Source of the DNA: Ophelia neglecta
Lineage: Eukaryota
Length of the DNA stretch: 64,000 nucleotides
Assembly (NCBI GenBank): GCA_965285935.1
Contig: OZ260662.1
Span: 30,318,001-30,382,000, forward strand
Reading direction: 5' to 3'
This document shows positions 40,432-51,620 of this stretch, one piece after another (position 1 is the stretch's first letter; the number at the start of each line of letters is the position of its first letter). The notes below the pieces were generated by a model, which worked only from the letters and a program-made list of their open reading frames with translations, was not told the origin of the DNA and ran no database searches. The position numbers and the translations under genes were made by a program.

Positions 40432-42039
40432 GTTTGGATTTCTCATCAACTGCTATGTCGTGTCTAATCTCGGACTCCTGGTATTGCAATTGCATTTAAC
40501 TGATTTAATTATACATTTCTTCGAAACAATGTTTTTCACTTGTTTGGCCGGGGGGGGGGGGGGGGGGGGTTATACCTCACAGTCCGATCCTCCTTGTCCC
40601 TTTTAAATTTAATACTATATATTGTATTAAATAATTTCTTTTCCTAAGGGTAATGTTTGATAAATAACATAATTATTCTAGTAACGTTATAAGTTTTTTT
40701 CTGCCCAAGAGATGGGAGGTAAAATGAAACCACCTCTCACAGGTGCGATCAGACATACCGAGTAAGAATGAACCGTTGAAAAACACCCTGAGCTCGTGTT
40801 GATGTCAGCGACTAAAAGAACACTGACATCATCAGCTTACTCATACCGCTTATCTATCAAAAATTCATGTGTACTTCCCAGTAATAAATGCGCGTAGCTA
40901 CACGAGGGTGACCGAAATCGCACGATCTCACGCTTGTTTATAATTTATATGATGATCACTTCGAAGGTATATTATTCATTTGCTAAAGCCAGGAATGCAA
41001 ATCTTCAGTCTGTGGTGTTTTAGGGTCGACTTTTCGCGACCCTCAGCAAGTGCTATTCATTAATATATAACCATGCAGTATAGTGACTGCGACAATGCTA
41101 AGCCCCTTGAAAGAAATCGTGCCTGAAAGGATAAACATATTAACAAACATAGAAATAAATAAATAAAAAAGCCAATGGAATGTATTAATGGCAAATTCTT
41201 AGTCTGATGATCAAATAAGTACATTTCGTTAATATAATGAGCCAAAGTTGCATATAAATGGATGCATGATTAAAAATGAGGACGGAGAACTTTGGGGGAG
41301 GTATCAATTGTCCGGGTGATAAAAATCAGTGTGATATCTGAAACGCGTAGCATACAATAATCAGGGAGGTCAGACGAAATATCAGCTTACCCATTCCAGT
41401 GTACACTTAATGTACACCCCCGTAGACCCATTCTTTCTGGGCGACTTCAAATGCACTTAGGTTATCATATAATTATGAACCAATTAATTTACTCTATATT
41501 ACATGTATGTTATATACACTATATTATGGTAATCCGACAATGATCTATATATCAGCAACAATATGACCATTCAATTCTAACAAGAGGGAATCTAGTTAAA
41601 TTGAGACTCCAAAAAAACACCCAGGCAGCCTTAGAAGCAATTACCATATTACTATTTCGATCAAATCACGTTAAGCTGCATAACACTGATACTAATATCC
41701 ATTGGTATGTCCTTCACTGCAAAAAAAAAACTAACACCCCTTAACTATACACATAGTGTACCCCTATCTATTGGATTCGAGATCGCCCGGCATGTTTGTG
41801 TATTTAGATATCGTGTTTGTTTACCACCATAGTAAACACTCGGCTCTCGTACGCACATTATATGCTAAGCCATATTGGACTCGGGATCATCTTGAACAGC
41901 AAGTTAATTCACGACAACGGAGTAAAAATAGTGTGATTATTAAGTATAACAGGATTTCCTAAATCCATGAATGTACGAACGAAAACACAATATTAAAATT
42001 GCCTTTTTCACAAGAAAACTCAACATTTTATCAAATCCA

Positions 42040-42078
42040 TTTATTTAAAAAACATAACAGGTAAAATCTGTGTTTATT
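42040..42078 (-). terminator. Candidate polyadenylation signals of the LRR gene
   Basis: Two AATAAA hexamers on the minus strand (plus-strand TTTATT at 42073-42078 and 42040-42045), followed by a GU/U-rich tract (TGTTGAGTTTTCTTGTG, ~42025-42009). This implies a ~0.8 kb 3'UTR. Confidence 0.5.
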
Positions 42079-42836
42079 GGTAAAAATGTATCACTAATAA
42101 CGACGACCACACATTACATAAAGCGTGCATGGGGTCGATAATCAATGCAATGTTAAAAGAAATTTGCTACACGAATAAACAAGCCCACTGCAGGATATAA
42201 AGCTATACATGGAATACGGGGTAAGCGTTATTGATTGTACAGCCAGAAAGCAATACGTGCACGTTAATGTCAAATCTGTGCACATAACCCTAGACTGGGA
42301 GCCTTTATCGCACACGTCCACGTAACGATGTATAAATAGGCACAGTGTCAAATCACTTCATTTGAAACTGAACCAATTAAAGAGATATAATGCCTCTTTC
42401 AAACCTAGGATCGATAAACAAGCTGCTACTGCCCTCATTCTCTTTGTATAAGTATAGGCGAAGGTCTGCGGTTTAATAGCGGTAGCAATTACAGCGTCAA
42501 TAAATTGGCCCCAAGCAAGATATATGGTGTACGAGATGATGATCACATCATCGTGCTCAGCGTCGCCATGGCTGTGTAAACGTCATCCGACGCCAGATTT
42601 GGCCTAATAGCTCAGACATTGATTCGGGTAATGTTCTCTTCACATGGTCGTATACTGACATCGTACATTCTCTCCGATTTCACGCGTGAAAAACAAGTAA
42701 ATAAAATTTGTAGTATGGCTAGATGAGCTTTTTAGAAAGTATACAATTGCTCTCCATCGGGTGCTGCAAAACTGCGTCATATCCGTTCTGTGTTATTTCC
42801 GGTATGCGCGTTATGAAGTTCCGAAGCGAGTGGACG

Positions 42837-45305
42837 TCACAAGTCCCCGTTACAGTCGGATACACAAGTCGTTTCCGTTTCACCCTCCACCAGATGATCC
42901 GTGTCCGTGACAGTATCCGCTCCACGTGACCTGACTCCATTGGTCCGTGGATTGGAGTGGAGATCTCCGTTGCTGCCTCGCAGGCTCAGTTCTGTGTGCT
43001 CTTCCCGTCCCATTTGAACGTACTCCATGGTATCTAATCCGGTGCCACTTCCCCGACCCCGCCTACACACTGTAAGCGACTGGAGAGGCCCACACAGATT
43101 GGAGGAGCCGGCCGCTTGGGGCGTCTCATCCCCATCCGACTGTCTCCTTCGGAATATCACACAACACAGACAAAGAATGAACAAGACGGACAAGGTCGTG
43201 ACGACAGCTATGAGAGGCACCACTACCGACTTGACTCTGCACTCCCAGCTAGACGGCTGGAATTCGAACAAATTAGTACCTCGATATCTGAGTGGTGCTA
43301 CACACATATGACCACTTCTGTCTTGACTTCCCACAAGGATAGACAGGGCTTCAGGCCATTGGACGCTAGAACAAGAACAATAGAATGGGTTTCCCGTCAG
43401 ATTAACAGCGGTAAGATTGCCGAAGCTATCTACCAAACAGCTCACGTTCGGCTCGACAATGTCATTATGACTCAGATCGAGAACCTTGAGGCCGGACAGC
43501 CGCAATAAAACACAGTCCTTTTCACAAACAACGGTAAGCCTATTGTAATCCGCATACAGATATTTTATATTAGGGCTCCGGGTGAACAGCTCACCAGGCA
43601 GATGCTTTAGGTTGTTATTGCCAAGGTCGACGGTGGTCAAATGGGAACTCTCCAAGCTGATGTTTAGTGATTCCGTAACGAAATTACCAAGATAGTTGTA
43701 GCTAATCTCCAAGCGCTCTAGGTGCCGCAGACCAGAAAAGGCCCCGGGCTCTATTCCAATAAGGGCGTTATTTGCCAGACTCAATATCTTCAGTTTGTTG
43801 AGTCCACGGAATGCTCCGTCTAGTAGGTGCGTCAAACGAGGGCATTTGTTAATTGTAAGCTTTTGCAGTGTGCTGAGTTCTGAAAACGCCCCAGGCTCGA
43901 CGACAGACAGTGGGTTGTCGGACAGGTCGAGCGTGTGAAGTTTTCTAAGTGACGATAACATATCTGATGACACAGTGTAAATTTTATTTCTGGCTAAACT
44001 CAACTCTTTTAGGTTAGGGAACGTTTCATCGGATATGGTGAATTTCCCTTCTTCGGTGTTCATGCTATTGGCGGACAGATCAAGGTACCATACCGAAGAT
44101 AGCTCAGCTCCCGCTTTGCCGAGAAAAGAGCAGGTGCCGTGTAAACATGATATGGTGTTGTTGCTCAGATCCAAACGTTGGAGATTTTTGAGGCCATGAA
44201 AAGCCCGGCTGTATACCCGCCTTAATCCACAATCGTTCAAATACAGTTCCTCCAGATGAGACAGGCCTCTGAACAAATTGTGATGGATGACCCCGCTTAA
44301 TCCGTCAAAGGAGCCCTTCATATCCAGCACTTTTAATTTCGTGCTGGCGAGGTGATCAAATATGGTGGAATCCAGTTTGGTGTCCTCCGAAAAGGCGTAT
44401 TGTAAATATAAGATGTGAAGGCTTGAGTTTTGTAGCCCATCAAAAACAGCCCGCGTTGAGTTAACAGACAGTGAAGTGTTAGAGATATCCAGCTTCTTTA
44501 CCATACCCAACGACCGAAACCCATCCGAATCTATCAACTTCAAGGGGTTATTCTCCAAATCGACATATCGCAGATGTTCAACATCCGACAGGGCGTTAAA
44601 ATAGTCACTTGTTATCTCTTCAATAGACGCAGTACATAACCTCAGACTTTTGAGTTCACTAAGGCCAGCCATGTCGCTAGGTAACCTCGCGGCAGACGAC
44701 AGGTTATTATTGCATAAATCTAATTCCTCCAAGTTTTTTAGTGGAACTAATGTCTTTGCAATCATCTCCAAAGAATTTAATTGGTTATTCGCTAAAGAGA
44801 GTTTGGTGAGATAGGTTAAATCGCTCCAAGTCTCATTGTCAATTGTCTGCAGTGAGTTATTAGCGAGGGTCAGACTCTGCAGCAATTTAGCTCCCTTAAA
44901 TGCTTTTGGGTGAATGTTTACAAGTCCATTGCTCGTAAGGCTTACGTGTTGTAAACGAGGATAATTGGCGAAAGCGTTCGCTTTCAGACTGTCCATGTGA
45001 TTATTGTCAAAAGAAAGTCTTTGCACGGATCGAGGGAGAGGCGGTATTCGTTGAAGCAGACGATTATCGCAATTCACAGCTGTATTGTCTTTGGAGCAGT
45101 GACATTGTAGGTCACAAGCTGTCAGTCTTGACTTGCCCGCTACAATATCCACAGTACATCCTAGAACTGATAAAGTCAGCACCAAACGAAGAAACGCTGC
45201 AGAGGTCATTGTCCGCTTTCTGCATGTTAGGTTTTCCCGCCACCATATGCGAGAGAGATGTCGGTTAAGGGAGCCTTGAATGTCCGGGATCATACCCCTC
45301 GACAT
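42837..45305 (-). CDS. Intronless LRR type-I transmembrane protein with TLR-like ectodomain and no TIR domain (822 aa; probable start ATG 45209, 790 aa)
   Basis: Signal peptide MTSAAFLRLVLTLSVLGCTVDIVAG from Met33. LRRNT CDLQCHC...VNC, then ~21-22 LxxLxLxxNxL repeats and LRRCT NPFYCSC...C..P....G...C. TM VVVPLIAVVTTLSVLFILCLCCVIF followed by RRR. The ~100-aa low-complexity tail has no TIR box motifs. The ORF is long and uninterrupted in otherwise non-coding DNA. Confidence 0.93.
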   Translation of the reverse strand: MSRGMIPDIQGSLNRHLSRIWWRENLTCRKRTMTSAAFLRLVLTLSVLGCTVDIVAGKSRLTACDLQCHCSKDNTAVNCDNRLLQRIPPLPRSVQRLSFDNNHMDSLKANAFANYPRLQHVSLTSNGLVNIHPKAFKGAKLLQSLTLANNSLQTIDNETWSDLTYLTKLSLANNQLNSLEMIAKTLVPLKNLEELDLCNNNLSSAARLPSDMAGLSELKSLRLCTASIEEITSDYFNALSDVEHLRYVDLENNPLKLIDSDGFRSLGMVKKLDISNTSLSVNSTRAVFDGLQNSSLHILYLQYAFSEDTKLDSTIFDHLASTKLKVLDMKGSFDGLSGVIHHNLFRGLSHLEELYLNDCGLRRVYSRAFHGLKNLQRLDLSNNTISCLHGTCSFLGKAGAELSSVWYLDLSANSMNTEEGKFTISDETFPNLKELSLARNKIYTVSSDMLSSLRKLHTLDLSDNPLSVVEPGAFSELSTLQKLTINKCPRLTHLLDGAFRGLNKLKILSLANNALIGIEPGAFSGLRHLERLEISYNYLGNFVTESLNISLESSHLTTVDLGNNNLKHLPGELFTRSPNIKYLYADYNRLTVVCEKDCVLLRLSGLKVLDLSHNDIVEPNVSCLVDSFGNLTAVNLTGNPFYCSCSSVQWPEALSILVGSQDRSGHMCVAPLRYRGTNLFEFQPSSWECRVKSVVVPLIAVVTTLSVLFILCLCCVIFRRRQSDGDETPQAAGSSNLCGPLQSLTVCRRGRGSGTGLDTMEYVQMGREEHTELSLRGSNGDLHSNPRTNGVRSRGADTVTDTDHLVEGETETTCVSDCNGDL

Positions 45306-46817
45306 AGTGGTCGATAGTCTATTAAGCTCACCTCAAAATGCGGGCAATGTGTCCTTACAAAGGCGTGCTACTGGCTGCTCAGGCAAGCAGGCCACCCGGG
45401 AAACCGATAGCTGGTCCGTCTACAGATCACTGGTCAATGAGCAAAGCAGACGACATGTAAAGAGCTTTTCACGATAGCGACGTCCATGGAAAGGTCTCGT
45501 GAAATCCCGTGACGGACGAGACTAGAAATGCCCGCGCAATCTGCACAAAAATTACGACTGTGTCGTCTGCCTTCTCAGGTCTGAGTACTATAATACCAGG
45601 CAGGGTACGGCGTAGTCAATCAATAAACGTAGAGCGTTCGATTGAATATTGCGCTACTGGCAGGCTGCAATGCGCGGCAAAGTTTGTCCATGAACAAGTG
45701 GCCTTGCAAATGACGAGTAAGTCTGGCTCAGATAGTATATAGCTGTGACATGCCCAAGCGCTTTACGCGACTGTCTGTATGTCTATCGCGGATGTCAGTT
45801 GATTTATACATTAACCTCCTATAGAAAAACGACTGCCCCTGTTTGTCATCAGTCTGCATGGCATGAGTGTATAATCCTTTCAAATTGACTGGCTGTATCT
45901 GGAAATCCATCTCATTGACAAACTGCCAACTCACAACGGCGCGGTGGAATTTCCAAGCCCTAAAGACAGGTCTGCTCGCCCGCACAATACATGCCAACGA
46001 TAACTCTCCGCCTTAACAATAATCTGATGTGTACGCTGGCCTATTCTTTACAGTCTTGATCGATTTGGCTATAGCCATCAACATGGCCTTCAAGAACTGA
46101 TCAATACAGCCGATAGTTCAATAGACTGTTAATATCGATAGACAATCGGGCCTGGAACATGACCGTCTGCCGCCATTATTGGAACAGGGCATGCGGCTCC
46201 AATGTAGACTATTGACACACCGTTAAATATCGCCTAAGGCATGTTTAGCATTAAACTAATTACAACAAGTCCCCTGCTTGTCTGAACAGGTGGTAAACTG
46301 CCGTGCAGTTGAGTCACTCCGCGAAAAATGGCCTCAGCTCTGGTAACAGGCGGAGGCGGAGCCAGAGCCGTCTGCTAGGAAAGTCAGCAGCAATAAATTT
46401 TTGAATGTAAAGGAAAATAATGGAGGGCTCAAACACGCCCGGTTATAAAAAGAGGAATCATTTTGTTTTAAGGTATAGCTTGATTGAAATTTACAAGATT
46501 CAGCAGTAATATTTACTATGTAGTTCAGTTTATAATTGTCCTGTTTAATAATGAAAACTCGTTATACTTGTTCCGTGACGTTGAGCAAATGATGGTGCTA
46601 CTCTGAATTGTTCGAAAACATAAAAGGTAAATTTGAATTTATATTTATGCCCCTCCACAAATTATTCATGGTAATATAATGGATCAATTTACTTTACCAA
46701 TCATGGGAAATGTGGTGGGGATGGACGGATTGTGCATCACAACAAAATAACCGTGAAATATCCGAATATAGGAACTTTTTTAGTATAACTTTCTAGTGCC
46801 TTTGAAGATAAGGTAGG

Positions 46818-46991
46818 TCTCGCGACTAGCCCCATCTTTGGTTATTGGAAGCGCGGAGTGTGTCCTTTGTATCGGGGATACTGATTGGACACGTGTTCCG
46901 GATATCACTTTCGCGCAATTCTGTAACAGCTCCGCACTACCGGAAGGATAGTCTTCTTACTTCAAAATGAAAACCGTTAAATTGCCACGTG
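46818..46991. promoter_or_regulatory. Promoter-like motif cluster
   Basis: TCTCGCGA 46818-46825, ATTGG (CCAAT) at 46844 and 46884, CACGTG at 46890 and 46986, TTTCGCGC (E2F-like) 46909-46916, CCGGAAG (ETS) 46940-46946. The patch is CpG-rich and lies ~1.6 kb upstream of the LRR ORF. Confidence 0.4.
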
Positions 46992-49833
46992 ATGCTTGTG
47001 AATGGCTAGACGATTAGACGATATGATTGCATGTAGGGCCTACAGCAAGATAAAACGCTAGGCTTCTTTATGAAATGTATTTTGTGCTCTTAATAAAAGT
47101 TAGCAAAATATCGGGTTGAGCTTGATTGGAGCAGGGGTGGGGGTGGGAGGTGTTTGCAGAATCGAACGGCTTACAATGAAAAAAATTAAAGACTATTTAC
47201 GATATTGTCTCTCTGTTATTCCCCTTTTCATTTCGTGTCATTCGCCCCCCCCCCCTCCCCCCCCTCGGATGTAAAGGCCCGGGGTTCTAAACCACAGGCT
47301 AATTAGACCCAGGGGATGAAAACTGTCAGTATTTTGGAACCCGGTGGTGGGGCGTAGGGGGGGGGGGGCTTATAAACAAGGATTTCGCTATTGTATACAC
47401 TATAGAATTTTTAAACCGACGAACTTAAAATAGGCCTACTAGTTTTTCAAGACAGGCGACTTCCGGGTTTGGGTATGTGAAGCAGCCCGGAGATCTTCCA
47501 ACCAGGGGACTCCCAGTACTTTTAAACTGTTACACTGCGGCTGAATTTACTGTGAGGAAACGGCAAGCCCGGAAGCTTTAGGGTATAGAAACCATACGGG
47601 CTTATGACTTAGGGCGGTATATCTTTCCGTCAGCTCAATTTCGAGCCAGACAGATTTCAGCTTATGCTCTTCTCGAAGGTCACGCCTGCAGACAGACGTA
47701 TGTCACTCACTGAAGGCCGTACTAGGCCCATTCACACAGTTAGAGGCTACCCTAATTCTGGAGAAAAGGTAGGCCTACCTTTTCCTAATTGCATACAGAC
47801 GCCTATAAATGAAGTTATTTATACTTCGAAAAGTTGTGACTTCAATTTTGCCAAAAATACATTTTTCCTTTGACGCGGGAAAGAAAATTTTGTTTTGCTC
47901 TATGGATCATACCCTGTAACTAATTAAGACCAGTGGCCAGACGCAAAATATGAAAACATGATTGAGCTGCGAATCTTTACTTTGGTACCGACTCCGAAAC
48001 CCACACAATCTTCTCTCCTTATTACTGAATAAATGAGATTTATTACGATTTTCACTACAGTTGAGTAATTAATTCGTACACTAATAATACTCATACAGAC
48101 ATCACCGGGAGATTTAAGACTGTTTCGGATACACGACTCCACGGCGCCCTAAGCTCCTGTCCCCTAGAGCCCCCCCCCCCCCCCATAAATGCCCGCCTTA
48201 CAAAATTATCAAAGATAGGGATGTCCTCAATAAGATGATGTCGATTACCGTTAAAAGGTGACTTTAAGGGGTGGTTGGTATTCAGTGGCTTTTTGAATCA
48301 GCTTATGTTATCGGTAATTGCGCTCGTGCTATTGCCAGGAGGAAACATCCATGGAACCGCCCCATAGAAAAGTCGGCTTAAACTCGACTTATTCCTGTTT
48401 CACTGTACTAGCTGGTACCAGATGACTGTTAGACTGTTGATAAACCAACCATAAAAAATACCTTAACTTGTTTATAAATAGCAAAGTGTATTCATAAATA
48501 GACCAAATAAACTGATATTGGTGAGAGAAAAACGTGTCGGTGCATGACATTTAAAGCTGATTGTGTAGGTTCGGCTTGTATGAGGCTTGATCGGGAAATG
48601 GCAGTGGTTAGATGTTCATCTGAGGATGTAGGCCTATCCTTTTGGCGTGCCTGTGTGATATTATCACCTCGTTTGAAACATACCAATCATTTCTCAAATA
48701 GCTGGTCCCAGAATAATTGTGACGGAGCCATGCATCATTGGAACATTCCTCGACCCAGTCTGTCATCGTGCACTCTACGGTGTAATTTTATACGTTAATC
48801 TTTCCTGTCAAATTACCCGCACACAACCAAGCATTGCAAACACAAAGTTACATATATTTAGCTATCATTAAACTATTATGTCGGAAGCTGTACATAATAT
48901 AATTCCAATTATTACGGTACTTTGATGAAGGTATTATATAATACACATACATGCATATTCAGAGCATTCTAGCGTCAAATCCGGGTGTATTAGCAATTAA
49001 ATTGCAGATTGGCCAATTATACGAAGTGTGATGTTTCCATGTGTCAATGTCGTCATCTTAGTTCTGTTTGGGCGGACATGTTTTAGTCTCATAAAGGGGC
49101 TTGGGCCGTCATTGTCGGTGATTCCGGTATAAGCCAGTTAGCCCGAAGGCCGCCAATCTATTAGAAATAAAACCTCCGTCCTCCAAGGCATAATTGACTG
49201 TAATTTCGACCCAGACTGTTGGCATAACGATAAACGGTCTCCCCGGATGGATAAACTAAGAAAAAATCTGCATTGCGAGTCATAGTGGGTTGAGCGATAC
49301 CGTCAATTTCCTAACTATTCATTTAATAGACACAGTTTCAGAACACCAAGTGCCATAGCTTGTAATGGAACCTGTTTTCTCCCTGAATACAAAAACATCA
49401 ATAGTTAATACAAATGTTTTATCAAAACAATGATATAAGTGAAAAATATTAGACCAACAGAACACATGATTAAATGAATAGAACTATAATTGAATACGAA
49501 TCACACGAGCAATACACTCTGAGGGATAACTGGATGGCGTAACTGCAGTAAACGCATGCAACGATAATGACACCAGCAGATTTTTTCCGCACCTTTCCTC
49601 CTAAATTATTAACACAAATCATTAATCATATCCTTATCCCTGCCATCTATGATTGGACTCCGGCCATAACCACATTCTGCCACTGTATATGTATGAGAGA
49701 GCCTAAAGCCCATTGATTTAGATCCAAAAACGCCTGACAAAGGATCCAGGGTGAAAAAGATTTCCTACTCATTATTAACGGTTTTCTCCCAGAAAATGGC
49801 ATAAACGTGAAATAGGATCTTGAACATCTCATG

Positions 49834-50160
49834 TGGGGTCAGTTACCCCATCTCTTAACTTACTTACACCCCCCTCCCCACAAATGATAAATTAACCCAT
49901 CATTAAGCAGTTACCCCATCTTTAAAAGTGAGTGACCTCATCTTTTCACTGTACCCCAAAGTGGTCCCTTTTCCTGTTTTATTGTCTAAATCATTCGGTT
50001 AGGCGCACCCTGTTTTAATGAAACTACTAAAGAACTCATTCACATTTATTAAAGCTAAAATATAGAAAACAGGATGCAAAAAATTCTGACCTTTGATGGA
50101 GGATGCTATTTTGGATGGGGTAATAAACGATGAGTTACCCCATCCCGTGACTCCCAGTGA
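49834..50160. repeat. Probable degenerate MITE with repeated GTTACCCCATC subterminal motifs
   Basis: GTTACCCCATC or close variants at ~49842, ~49892, ~49910, ~49932 and ~50134, with an inverted copy GATGGGGTAA at ~50114. Confidence 0.4.
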
Positions 50161-50892
50161 ATGCTAAAGTGTGAGCTAGTAAGCCATAATTATAAGGCTA
50201 ATTGGTCAACTTGTCACTCAACGACAGTCGTGTTAAGCTAAATTATTCATACGTAATTGCTATAATTTTCATATTAACCATCTTCGTTTTGTTCATTGGT
50301 GTGATCGTTTTGCTGACACAAGATAATCACCATGTTCAGGACTTCACTATAGCCTATATTCGTACCGTCTTAAGTTCAAGTACCTAGGTAACATTGGCCT
50401 CGACATGTATTGTTCTCTATACAATCGGGTTATCATATCATAATTAAAGATTATCCTTGGCAGGTGCGAATACAAGATTAAAAACTGTGATAATGTGCGT
50501 GGGGTGATCTCCTATACCCGCTCACTAACACCGGCTACCGTACTGACCGCTGCACAACAGTGTAAAATAAGACACAAATCACGGGAAGGGGGGGGGGGGT
50601 CACAGGTTGATTGGCAGTGACCTGGTCTCGTTTTACTCAAATATAATTAAAGGGGCTTTTCAAGAGAACGACAAAAAATGCGGGTCTTGAACTGGTAAGG
50701 TATCCCATTAGCACTTGTAAGAGTGCAATCAGAAAAATAAATACTACGTTAAAGTTTCTTCAAAAAAATCAGGAAATCGAGAAATTTTAACTCCTTATTT
50801 CATGAAATTATTGTATTCATCTTTGGTGCTTATTTTAATAGTAGGTGTAAGCTTCGGTTTTGTGGATTGTCTTACTAACATAAGAATAGACA

Positions 50893-51620
50893 TTGTTCCT
50901 AAAACAAAACAATCCGCTTTTTATTATAGGTCTATCTGCTAGAACCCATCTTGCCGGTTTTTATTCAAATATTCTTAGTTTCTCCTTAATGGGCAGAATA
51001 GAGGTGGACCGCTTGACTCTTAGCCTTGTTCATAAATGTCTACGTGACAATGCCCCGTCATATATGTATAATTTCATTAGAGTTAATGATGCAAATGGTC
51101 ACCTCACATGGTCTAGTAGTTACTATGTTGTTATTCCGAGTGTATCTACAAGCAGACTGTTTTATGTTTAAAGGTGCTGCCCTACGGAATAAGCTTCCAT
51201 CTTACATACATTGTAGTAATCAGATTGGTAGATTTAAGCAAATGCGGCGGTATGAAGCTTTTCTAATGTCCAATACGGAGATAAAGACCTTCGCTGTTAA
51301 TTTTACACCAGTACAAATGTGACATTTATCTTCACTATTGTATTGCAGAAATATATTTATCTGGAAGTGAATACTATTTATTATGCAGGAAGCGCTAGGG
51401 CCACCATGGAAATAAGTTATATTTCTAGACTTCTGGTGTCAACTATCTCGATTGTCCTTTTGTGATCTATAATCCTTCACGGTTGTCCTGTTACATGCAA
51501 ATATGTGATTTTAATTAAATGTGTAATTTGTACACACAAGTGATAATTTTCCTGGTGTACTTTTAATTTGTTGTACATTTTTATTTGGACAATCGAATGA
51601 ACTAATTCAAGCAATCAAAT
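50893..51620 (+). mobile_element. 5'-truncated LINE fragment (L2/CR1-type): ORF2 C-terminus plus 3'UTR
   Basis: Frames give LSLVHKCLRDNAPSYMYNF...GHLTWSS and FMFKGAALRNKLPSYI...GRFK, matching the CR1/L2 ORF2 tail pattern (K....AP.YL...H.TRS...F...GA.LWN.LP..I...FK). The 3'UTR has CCACCATGGAAATAAG and a degenerate short-repeat tail (...TTCAAGCAATCAAAT). Confidence 0.75.

Noticed and set aside
43027-43508. Plus-strand ORFs of 94 and 130 aa (also 42719-42940 and 42723-42929)
   Set aside because: Antisense or alternative-frame shadows of the LRR CDS with no recognisable motifs.
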